17,407 nt of DNA from Chloroflexota bacterium. Lineage in GTDB: Bacteria; Chloroflexota; Dehalococcoidia; Lucifugimonadales; JADFKI01. The notes below the pieces were generated by a model that saw only the letters and a program-made list of their open reading frames with translations, did not search any database and was not told the DNA's origin. The stretch's first letter is position 1; each line of letters starts with the position of its first letter. The translations under genes and the position numbers were made by a program. This document shows, one piece after another, positions 1-6,893 of the stretch. The DNA is taken from assembly GCA_027623195.1 (NCBI GenBank), contig JAQBUT010000041.1, positions 1 to 17,407 on the forward strand, given 5' to 3'.

Positions 1-1
1 C

Positions 2-49
2 GACCTCGATGGGATTAGCCGAAATCCACTGCCAAGTCTGCTCGAACAT
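2..49 (-). CDS. Probable 5' fragment of a gene running off the left edge (MFEQTWQWISANPIEV...), weakly reminiscent of a PnuC-type transporter N-terminus
   Basis: ATG at 49-47, 16 nt downstream of the stop of the 66..434 gene on the same strand, with the frame open to the window edge. Only 16 codons are visible and there is no clear RBS, so the family guess is very weak. Confidence 0.35.
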   Translation of the reverse strand, partial: MFEQTWQWISANPIEV

Positions 50-65
50 ACGGACACTTTAACTG

Positions 66-434
66 CTAAGTGCCTTTTATGACAGCCCCCCCATCCATTA
101 GCATGAGGTAGGGCTCGCCGAACTGAGTCTCGCTGGTCAGGGACCAGTCCTCGGACGAATCTTCCGGCCGCAGGCGGATGCCCCAGTCGCCGCCGAATAC
201 CAGATGTACAACGGCCTGGCCAGAGTCCGACACAGGCGCATACAAAGCGGGACAGGGCGTTCCATCCCCGTCGCTGCTCCAGCCCGTAACGTCGTAGACG
301 CCGATAGGCTTGCCCGGCTCGTCCAGCACCACCTGGGAGATGGGTATGGCGTCCGCGTGGGCTTCGTACAGCATCAGCGGCATGTACTCGCTGTTGGGGT
401 TCTCCTCGACTTCTAGGTAAATGGACTCAGCCAT
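66..434 (-). CDS. Hypothetical protein, 122 aa, acidic and soluble
   Basis: Co-oriented with the upstream genes. RBS-like GAGGA lies just upstream of the ATG (complement of tcctc at 442-446). Composition is protein-like and D/E-rich. No family recognised. Confidence 0.8.
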   Translation of the reverse strand: MAESIYLEVEENPNSEYMPLMLYEAHADAIPISQVVLDEPGKPIGVYDVTGWSSDGDGTPCPALYAPVSDSGQAVVHLVFGGDWGIRLRPEDSSEDWSLTSETQFGEPYLMLMDGGAVIKGT

Positions 435-489
435 CGGTAATCCTCACTGAACTGAGCTGCCAGAGCATGTAACCAAAACCGAAGGCCAA

Positions 490-1047
490 TTATTTTCCGA
501 AGGACTTTCGCATGCGATGGGTGGTCATCTCGGGCTCGATGGGAGCCACGGGCATGTACTCCTCCATTTCCTGCACCTTGGCCACGATGAACCAGGGGCC
601 GTCCTCCTCCATAGCCTGCATGAAGACCGACTGTAGCTCTTCTTCGTCCGAAACGGTGGCGGTCTTGGGAATGCCACAGCCCTTGGCCACCTGTTCCAGG
701 TCGGTGCCAAATGCAGTATGGCTGGGCTGGTTGCCCGTTTGCGCCCACTGCTCGTTGTCCCACACCACGACGATGAGGTTCTTGGGCTGCTCACGGCCTA
801 TGGTGGAGATGGTACCCATATTCATGAGCAGGGAGCCATCGCCGTCCAGGGACACCACTCGCTCGTCGGTGGAAAGCGCCATGCCCAGGGCTATGGATGA
901 GCACAGACCCATAGACCCGTAGGTGTAGAAGTTGCGGTCCCGTTGTCCGGCGTGCCAAAGCTCGTCGGTGGATGGACCCAGGTTAGCGACCACGGGAGCG
1001 TCGCCCACGTGGTTCAGAAGCATCTTGGTAGCGGAGAACCTATGCAA
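490..1047 (-). CDS. comE: ThDP-dependent decarboxylase beta subunit (sulfopyruvate/phosphonopyruvate decarboxylase-like, TPP-binding C-terminal domain)
   Basis: Has the GSMGLCSSIALGMAL motif and the ThDP/Mg motif GDGSLLMNMG...WDN followed by TGNQPS. TTG start is preceded by GGAGGG and overlaps the upstream gene's end by 8 nt. The symbol is family-level and the substrate is unproven. Confidence 0.85.
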   Translation of the reverse strand: MHRFSATKMLLNHVGDAPVVANLGPSTDELWHAGQRDRNFYTYGSMGLCSSIALGMALSTDERVVSLDGDGSLLMNMGTISTIGREQPKNLIVVVWDNEQWAQTGNQPSHTAFGTDLEQVAKGCGIPKTATVSDEEELQSVFMQAMEEDGPWFIVAKVQEMEEYMPVAPIEPEMTTHRMRKSFGK

Positions 1048-1546
1048 GTTTCCCTCCGTGCAATAGCGGTGTCATACACAGCGCCAGCGGTTGTCGTGAT
1101 GAGTAGCAGAGCTTGACCGCGCCGGATACCCGCTGCATGAGCTTGTCGTCGGTGTCCAGCGTGTAGTGGGGTAGGCCCAGCACGTCCATGATGGGCTTCA
1201 CCGCCCTGCCCATGGCGACCTGGGCGATGTTGAACTCGCCTACCTCGCCCCGCAGGTTGATGAACATGGGAATAGGCACCCTGGCGGGTATACACAGGCT
1301 GGTCAGTGCGTTCACGATGTTGCCGAAGCCGCTGGACTGCATGAACACAGCGGCGTTGCGGCCAGTGGCGTAGGCGCCTGCGGCAATGCCAATGGCCTCC
1401 TCCTCCCTGGTAGCGGAAACCACATGAAAGTAGTTATCATCCTGCATCAGCTTGGTGACCTGATGGATGCTTATATCCGGCACGTAAGCGATGAGGGAGA
1501 CTTCGTTCTCCTTCAAAGCATCAACTATTGTCTCAGCCCAGTTCAT
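1040..1546 (-). CDS. comD: ThDP-dependent decarboxylase alpha subunit (sulfopyruvate decarboxylase-like, PYR domain)
   Basis: Motifs YVPD, TREEEAIGIAAGA (catalytic Glu region), MQSSGFGN and RGEVGEFNIAQVAMG. Start revised to ATG 1546 (MNWAETIV, 168 aa). The ORF-track extension to 1615 is AT-rich and probably non-coding. Confidence 0.85.
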   Translation of the reverse strand: MNWAETIVDALKENEVSLIAYVPDISIHQVTKLMQDDNYFHVVSATREEEAIGIAAGAYATGRNAAVFMQSSGFGNIVNALTSLCIPARVPIPMFINLRGEVGEFNIAQVAMGRAVKPIMDVLGLPHYTLDTDDKLMQRVSGAVKLCYSSRQPLALCMTPLLHGGKLA

Positions 1547-1661
1547 TTTATTTTCAATATCCTTTTTTGAATATCCCCTTGAAAGACGTTGGGGACAGCT
1601 ATGGTCCATGACCACGAATCGTCTATTCGTTTAGCGGCTGAACCAATCTGCAATTAAAGGC

Positions 1662-2438
1662 CTAAATTCCCATGATGTTGTAGCCGGTGTCCACATGAAG
1701 AATCTCGCCGGTAATGCCGCTAGCCATGTCGCTGAGCAGAAATAGAGCAGCGTTGGCTACCTCGTCCGTGGTGATGTTGCGGCGCATAGGCGAGCGCTCG
1801 GCGTGAACGCGCTTCATATCCCGGTAATGGCTGATAACCCTGGAAGAGAGCGTATCCAGCGGGCCTGCCGAAACAGCGTTGACGCGGATGTTGTCCTGTC
1901 CCAGGTCTGAGGCGAGCTGCCTCACCTCGTTCTCCAGAGCGGCCTTGGCGGTGCCCATGACGTTGTAGCCAGGGAAAACCTTGTTCGCCGCCTGAAAGGT
2001 CAGCGTTAGCATGCTGCCGCCGTTCTTCATCAGCGGAGAGCCGTATCGGGCTATCGATAGCAAGGAGTATGCGCTGATGTCCAGGGCCAGCCTAAAACCC
2101 TCCCGCGACGTATCCACGAACCTGCCGCCCAGATCGTCACGGTCGGCGAAGGCGATGCTGTGAACAATGAAGTCCAGGTCGCCCATGGCCTCCCCTACCT
2201 TGTCGAAGGCCACCTTAACGTTGTCGTCGCTGCTAACGTCGCATTCGATGAGAGGCGATTCGCCGTCCAGCCCTTCGGCCAGCTTGGCAACGCCCTCACG
2301 CACACGCTCGTTCTGATAAGCAATGGCCAGCCGCGCCCCGGCCTTGTTCAGAATCTGTGCTATGGACCAGGCGATGCTGCGGTGGTTGGCGACACCGAAC
2401 ACGATGCCGTTCTTGCCGGAAAGGTCAATGGGGTACAT
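1662..2438 (-). CDS. fabI: Enoyl-[acyl-carrier-protein] reductase FabI (probably NADH-type)
   Basis: Motifs GVANHRSIAWSIA, VHSIAFA, DISAYSL, catalytic YNVMGTAK (Y-x6-K), IRVNAVSAGP and ITGEILHVDTG. Start revised to ATG 2438 with RBS AGGAGG (258 aa). It has YQNERV rather than the RKxxS NADPH motif. Confidence 0.95.
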   Translation of the reverse strand: MYPIDLSGKNGIVFGVANHRSIAWSIAQILNKAGARLAIAYQNERVREGVAKLAEGLDGESPLIECDVSSDDNVKVAFDKVGEAMGDLDFIVHSIAFADRDDLGGRFVDTSREGFRLALDISAYSLLSIARYGSPLMKNGGSMLTLTFQAANKVFPGYNVMGTAKAALENEVRQLASDLGQDNIRVNAVSAGPLDTLSSRVISHYRDMKRVHAERSPMRRNITTDEVANAALFLLSDMASGITGEILHVDTGYNIMGI

Positions 2439-2521
2439 AGGGCCTCCTACGCGCGCCTTCGGTGGATGTAACGTCGCGACCAAACTGGCCACGATGCAGA
2501 ACGACTAAAAGGGCAGCCATG

Positions 2522-2550
2522 ATTGTAGGGTGTGGCAGGCCACGGAGCAA
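2522..2550 (-). promoter_or_regulatory. Sigma70-type promoter for fabI (and possibly the downstream decarboxylase genes)
   Basis: Minus strand reads TTGCTC (2550-2545), 17 bp, TACAAT (2527-2522). Confidence 0.65.
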
Positions 2551-2585
2551 GTCTGTGGGGACGGCGTCCGGCGCTAAAACCAGAT

Positions 2586-2656
2586 GGTAAATCAAACGGC
2601 GAAGTTCGGTTTGAACAACGCCGTTTAGGTAAATCCGTCGGTGAAAATACCGACGG
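2586..2656 (-). terminator. Two tandem stem-loops downstream of the envelope-stress cassette (putative terminator)
   Basis: CCGTCGGT/ACCGACGG (2635-2656) lies 3 nt after the stop at 2660, followed by AAACGGCG..GTTC/GAAC..CGCCGTTT (2594-2626). U-tracts are short. Confidence 0.55.
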
Positions 2657-2659
2657 GTT

Positions 2660-3556
2660 CTATCGCACCGTTATGCTGGATGCTCCTGCGTCTATCTCAA
2701 TGTCCACGCGGTTGGTCGCGTCGTCGAAATCGGGCGAAACGTACTTATCTCCAACCTTGGGAAACCGCGATTCGTCGATTTGCAGAGAGCTCACGCCGGT
2801 GTCGGCATGGATGCGGGCCGCGACGCCTTCGGGAATCACGATTTCGATGTCGGCGGCCCCGGTATCGATATCCCCCGTTACATGCCCAGCCCTGGCCGGC
2901 ATAGTGATCTCTACGTCCGAGGCTCCTACGTCTACCTTGATATCGCTTATCTTCAAGTCTGTCAGGTCCAGACTGGCATCGGCGGCCCCCCCATTGATGT
3001 CAAGGGTCATTCCGGGAGAGCGGGAAAGAGATAGGTTCCAATTGTTTTCGCCCAGGTTGGTCAGGAAGGATATCCCCTCTCGTTTCATGTCAATATTCAG
3101 GTCCGTCTTATTCCCAATTCGCACCGTGGATACTTCGGCGCCATGGCCACGAAAATCCCCTTCCACCAGGCTATTCGAACCGACTGGTAGCGAGCCCAAG
3201 GTAAGCTCGCCTCCACCAAAGGAAATACTTACGTCAACAGTCTCTGCCCCTTCCAGGGCCTCCTGCACAGACGATACGCTTACAGTGCTCTGGGCAGGCA
3301 CGAATAGCAACCCTACGACCAGAGCCACCACCACTACTCCTGCCACAAGAATCCCAGCCAACCACTGAACACGCCTGCCAAATATGATGTTGATGCCTAC
3401 GGCTATGATTAACACTGGCCAAAGGCGCCATACCCTGCCCCACGCGTCCCAAGACACCACACCCGTGGTCTGAAGCAGCAACAGTACTCCCGCCGCTATG
3501 AGTAGGATAGGGAATATGGGAACTCCGCCCCTTTTCCAACCACTTCTATTTGCCAT
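2660..3556 (-). CDS. Membrane protein with N-terminal LiaI/LiaF-type TM domain (DUF5668-like) and C-terminal Toastrack/beta-solenoid-like domain
   Basis: N-terminal PILLIAAGVLLLLQTTG...WRLWPVLIIAVG. C-terminal Gly-turn repeats: ISFGGGELTL, INGGAADASLDL, VDVGASDVEI, IDTGAADIEIVIPEG, ADTGVSSLQI, IDAGASSITVR. RBS AGGAG. Confidence 0.8.
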   Translation of the reverse strand: MANRSGWKRGGVPIFPILLIAAGVLLLLQTTGVVSWDAWGRVWRLWPVLIIAVGINIIFGRRVQWLAGILVAGVVVVALVVGLLFVPAQSTVSVSSVQEALEGAETVDVSISFGGGELTLGSLPVGSNSLVEGDFRGHGAEVSTVRIGNKTDLNIDMKREGISFLTNLGENNWNLSLSRSPGMTLDINGGAADASLDLTDLKISDIKVDVGASDVEITMPARAGHVTGDIDTGAADIEIVIPEGVAARIHADTGVSSLQIDESRFPKVGDKYVSPDFDDATNRVDIEIDAGASSITVR

Positions 3557-3605
3557 GAGGTTCTCCTAAAAAAGGCCGATTCGTCGACCGATTCACAATC
3601 AGACG

Positions 3606-4049
3606 CTACGCCCTTCTTCTGTACCTTGCCAAGAGAATCCATCCGCCTACGGCTATTAGCACCAGCGGCCAAAGCACGTCCCATCGCCACCATCCGAACA
3701 GTCCGAAATTGGCAGCCAGCGCAATAATTCCGACAGCGATCAGTACAAAAGCCAAGAGGCTGCGACGCCGTTGTTTTCGACTTTCTCGGATTCCCAGGCC
3801 TGATATATCTGGGGAGTCCCCAGTTGATTTGACGTCCGAAGGCTCGTCCACAGGTATAACCACGGCGAGTGCAATGTAAGCTATTAGCGCTGTGCCAACT
3901 GACACCAGCCCTAAAACCACCCATGCCACGCGCATCAGCGTTGGGTCGACATCGAAATACTCCGCCATGCCTCCGGCCACGCCAAATATCATGGAGTTAG
4001 AGCTACTCTTATGAAGGCCATTGCTGTTGGTGGTCATTTCCGCCCCCAT
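3606..4049 (-). CDS. pspC: PspC-domain protein fused to a C-terminal LiaI/LiaF-type TM hairpin
   Basis: Canonical PspC signature LHKSSSNSMIFGVAGGMAEYFDVDPTLMRV...YIALAVVIP. C-terminal LIAVGIIALAANFG...LWPLVLIAVG. The start could be ATG 4037. Confidence 0.9.
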   Translation of the reverse strand: MGAEMTTNSNGLHKSSSNSMIFGVAGGMAEYFDVDPTLMRVAWVVLGLVSVGTALIAYIALAVVIPVDEPSDVKSTGDSPDISGLGIRESRKQRRRSLLAFVLIAVGIIALAANFGLFGWWRWDVLWPLVLIAVGGWILLARYRRRA

Positions 4050-4089
4050 GCAGCGTATGTTCCTGACTATTACTCGAGAGTTTCCGAGG

Positions 4090-4770
4090 CTAATCCGTTA
4101 TCTTTAGGCTACCCAGAAGCACAAGGCCGGTAATGATCAGCGTAGGCTGGCTCTCCCTTGCACCTTGTACAGTGTGGCGATCCTCTACGGCATCACCCAG
4201 GACTGTCACCGCGTCGATGTCCACGGCCCACTCCGGCGACACCTTCAGTTTCACCTCGCCAAGTACAGACGTGACCTCCAGAGTGGCCGAGGGATCTTCG
4301 AGGGCAGCCCCGCGAAGGTCTATCTCCACCTCGCCCAGCACCGCAGTCACCTGCCCGCCCTTGAATGTCTGGGAGGTGAGTCGCCGCTTGGTGCTGCCCA
4401 GTATGCCTAACGTGTTGAGCTTGTCCACATCGTCTGAGGTCCGTTCATCTGTGCCACGGAGTCCCCGCTGGCCGAATATGATGGCGATACCAATGATGAT
4501 TAGGATTAATGGCCAAAGACTACCGATGCTAATATCCAATACCAGTAGTTGAACAAATACAGCCACCACGATAATCAGAACTGGTCCGAACGGTCGTCTT
4601 CCACGACCGGAAACCAGTTGCCACACCCCGTAGGCGATAAATAGCGAAGGGACCGCCTTAATAACGTAACCCACGCCGGCAAGGCCCAGCGTACTCAACA
4701 GGAGTAATACGCCAAGGACGACAACGATGAGGCCAATGAGGGACTGAGCGTTCATTCGAGTTGCATTCAT
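4090..4770 (-). CDS. LiaF-like membrane protein (4 TM plus C-terminal DUF2154-like cell-wall-antibiotic-response domain)
   Basis: Four hydrophobic segments including LWPLILIIIG. C-terminal FKGGQVTAVLGEVEIDLR..LEVTSVLGEVKLKVSPEW..LIITGLVLLGSLKI. RBS AAAGGGG. Confidence 0.85.
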   Translation of the reverse strand: MNATRMNAQSLIGLIVVVLGVLLLLSTLGLAGVGYVIKAVPSLFIAYGVWQLVSGRGRRPFGPVLIIVVAVFVQLLVLDISIGSLWPLILIIIGIAIIFGQRGLRGTDERTSDDVDKLNTLGILGSTKRRLTSQTFKGGQVTAVLGEVEIDLRGAALEDPSATLEVTSVLGEVKLKVSPEWAVDIDAVTVLGDAVEDRHTVQGARESQPTLIITGLVLLGSLKITD

Positions 4771-5003
4771 TTTTCGGCCCCTTTCTCACTAGAGGCTGCT
4801 TCCGTGCTTGAATCCATAGTATTGAAACGAAAAAGCCGTGTAATCAGCCGAAACGATGGCCGTGCCCTAATCATTAGTAACAAGTAGCACGCGAATAGAG
4901 AGACGTATTCGTATCAATATTCATTATCTCGCGAAAAGTATGAGGAGGTCGTGAAGATAAGGGGGTAAACAGTAAATCCGGGTTGGAAGTTACGCCTGGA
5001 ATG

Positions 5004-5843
5004 TCAACTCAAAGCCTGCCAGTAGCGACGGCCTTCCAGCCGGACTAGTCGACCATATCCAGGCGCAGGGTAATGCCCGGATACCAGCAGCCCGTTATCC
5101 TTCTCAATACGGTCCATAAGCTCCCGGCGAGTCTCGGCCGACTGCTCGGGTTTGGAATCTGCTCGAGGACTCCAATGAGTCTCATGTGCCTGCGCAGGCA
5201 CATGAGAGGCGTCTCCCATGACGATGCCTGTTTCCCCGTTGGAGGAGATGAAAACGCTGGTGTGGCCTGGTGTGTGACCAGGGGTTGGTATAGCTGTCAA
5301 TTCGCTTGTGAGGACGTGCTCTCCATCTATGAGTTCCAGCAAGCCAAGCTCTTGCAGCGGTATCACCTGTTCCTTAATGTAAGCAAACCGTTCCATGCCG
5401 GCTCGGCGAGTGAAGATGCCCCAATCTATATTGGGAACGTAGTACTTCGCATTGGGGAAGGTCGGCCTCCAGCCGTCGCCATCTGGAGTGAAGTTCCACC
5501 CAACATGGTCCCGGTGCAGGTGCGTGATCATCACCATGTCAACATCGTCGGGGTTGATTCCCTTGGCCCGAAACTCGTCGTGCAGAAGACCCGTTTCCAG
5601 AGTGTCCAGATCATAAGATTTCAGACCCAGGCCCGTGTCCACCAGCACAGTCTTGCCGTCGCTGCGCAACAAGAAGCAGCCCATGTTCATGAGGATGTCG
5701 CCCTGCGGCGTAAGGCCGTCACGGTAGGGCTCCCACATGTCGGCTTCCACATCCGGAAAGAAATCGGAAGGCGCGAAGCGAAGGCGACCGTCAGACAGGG
5801 AAGCGATTTCGACGTTGCCTATCGTAGTTTTATAATCAGGCAT
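5004..5843 (-). CDS. Metallo-beta-lactamase-fold hydrolase (AHL lactonase/methyl-parathion hydrolase-like)
   Basis: Motifs VLVDTG, THLHRDHVG (HxHxDH), PTFPNAKY, PGHTPGH, GDA and a C-terminal His. Start revised to ATG 5843 with RBS GAGGA (279 aa). Confidence 0.92.
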   Translation of the reverse strand: MPDYKTTIGNVEIASLSDGRLRFAPSDFFPDVEADMWEPYRDGLTPQGDILMNMGCFLLRSDGKTVLVDTGLGLKSYDLDTLETGLLHDEFRAKGINPDDVDMVMITHLHRDHVGWNFTPDGDGWRPTFPNAKYYVPNIDWGIFTRRAGMERFAYIKEQVIPLQELGLLELIDGEHVLTSELTAIPTPGHTPGHTSVFISSNGETGIVMGDASHVPAQAHETHWSPRADSKPEQSAETRRELMDRIEKDNGLLVSGHYPAPGYGRLVRLEGRRYWQALS

Positions 5844-5870
5844 TCTGTGTGTCCTCAATGGGGAATGAGA

Positions 5871-6818
5871 TTATCGGGCTGAGACAGGATTATGGTAGTG
5901 GGGGACGACTTCCCGACCTAGAATCTCCAGTTGCTCTTGCACAAGTTCGGGGGCACACGCAGGCCGTACCACGAACTTTCCGGCTCCGGCCTCTATGTAG
6001 CTGTCGATTACCTTTCGTACCTGTTCAGGAGTGCCGAAGGCGGAGAACTCCCGCCAGTGCGCATCCTCTCTACGACGAAGCATATATGGTTCCGCCAGAC
6101 GCTCTCCCTCTTCGGGAGTGTCGGCGAAGCACACGCTGAACAGGGTGCCGTAGTGGTCGTCCTCGATGTCGTTGTCGAACTGCGGCGCCAACTCTTTGAT
6201 CCTTTTTACGCCTTCGCCCACCTCGGCAGGAGTGGCCTGGGAAACGAGCCAGCCGTCGCCGATTCTGGCCGTGCGACGCAAGGCCGCCTCACTACGACCG
6301 CCTATCCAGATGGGGGGCATACCATTCGGCGGAAAGACCGGCTTAGGCTGAATGGTGACGTCGTTCAAAGTGAAGTGTTTGCCGTGGTGCGTCACGTGGT
6401 CCTGCGACCAGAGCTTGCGCATCACCTCGATGGCCTCTTCCGTGCGACTGACCCGCACCGAGCGTTTGGTGCCACAAGCCTCGTACTCTGCCAGGTCATC
6501 GGCCCCCAGACCCACGGCTGGTAGCGTCCGACCGCCGGATAGGAAATCCAGCGTGGCAATCTCCTTGGCCAACACCGTTGGGTTTCTCAAAGGCAAGGCG
6601 ATGACGCTAGTCCCAAATTTGAGCTTTTTAGTCCGGCCTGCGATGAATGACATGGCAACCATTACTTCCATGTTCAGCGCGGGGCCAACTACCCTGTCAC
6701 TGAGCCATATGGAGTCCAAATCCAGTTCTTCGCAGGTATCCGTATAACGCCAGAGCAACTCAGGATCAGCCTCGGGGAAAGGCCATCCGCCTAAACCAAC
6801 GCCAATTTTAATAGACAT
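5871..6818 (-). CDS. LLM-class (luciferase-like) flavin-dependent oxidoreductase, possibly F420-dependent
   Basis: Motifs DSIWLSD, FGTSVIALPLRNPTVLAKEIATLDFLSGGR, PPIWIGGRSEAALRRTARIGDGW and FGTPEQV. RBS GAGGA. Confidence 0.93.
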   Translation of the reverse strand: MSIKIGVGLGGWPFPEADPELLWRYTDTCEELDLDSIWLSDRVVGPALNMEVMVAMSFIAGRTKKLKFGTSVIALPLRNPTVLAKEIATLDFLSGGRTLPAVGLGADDLAEYEACGTKRSVRVSRTEEAIEVMRKLWSQDHVTHHGKHFTLNDVTIQPKPVFPPNGMPPIWIGGRSEAALRRTARIGDGWLVSQATPAEVGEGVKRIKELAPQFDNDIEDDHYGTLFSVCFADTPEEGERLAEPYMLRRREDAHWREFSAFGTPEQVRKVIDSYIEAGAGKFVVRPACAPELVQEQLEILGREVVPHYHNPVSAR

Positions 6819-6857
6819 GTTTAGTCCTCATCTTGGGTTTTCGGGACGTTTAGGCTG

Positions 6858-6886
6858 AGTGTAGCTCCGAGGCCGGTTTACTGCAA
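6858..6886 (-). promoter_or_regulatory. Sigma70-type promoter for the LLM-MBL pair
   Basis: Minus strand reads TTGCAG (6886-6881), 17 bp, TACACT (6863-6858), within the 75-bp intergenic gap. Confidence 0.6.
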
Positions 6887-6893
6887 GGAGAGC

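Noticed and set aside
1547..1661. AATATCC direct repeat and ACGAAT-N5-ATTCGT palindrome upstream of the comD-like gene, loosely similar to 4892-4911
   Set aside because: Short, with different spacers between the two sites, so compatible with chance in AT-rich intergenic DNA.
2586..2656. Possible mini-CRISPR or REP element
   Set aside because: Only an 8-nt unit repeats, the hairpins differ in sequence, and there are no cas genes.
2532..3368. 278-aa plus-strand ORF
   Set aside because: Antisense shadow of the Toastrack-domain gene, Ser/Pro/Thr-rich, with no RBS or motifs.
5073..6524. Long plus-strand ORFs (269 aa and 197 aa)
   Set aside because: Antisense to the well-supported MBL and LLM genes, as expected from codon bias in GC-rich DNA.
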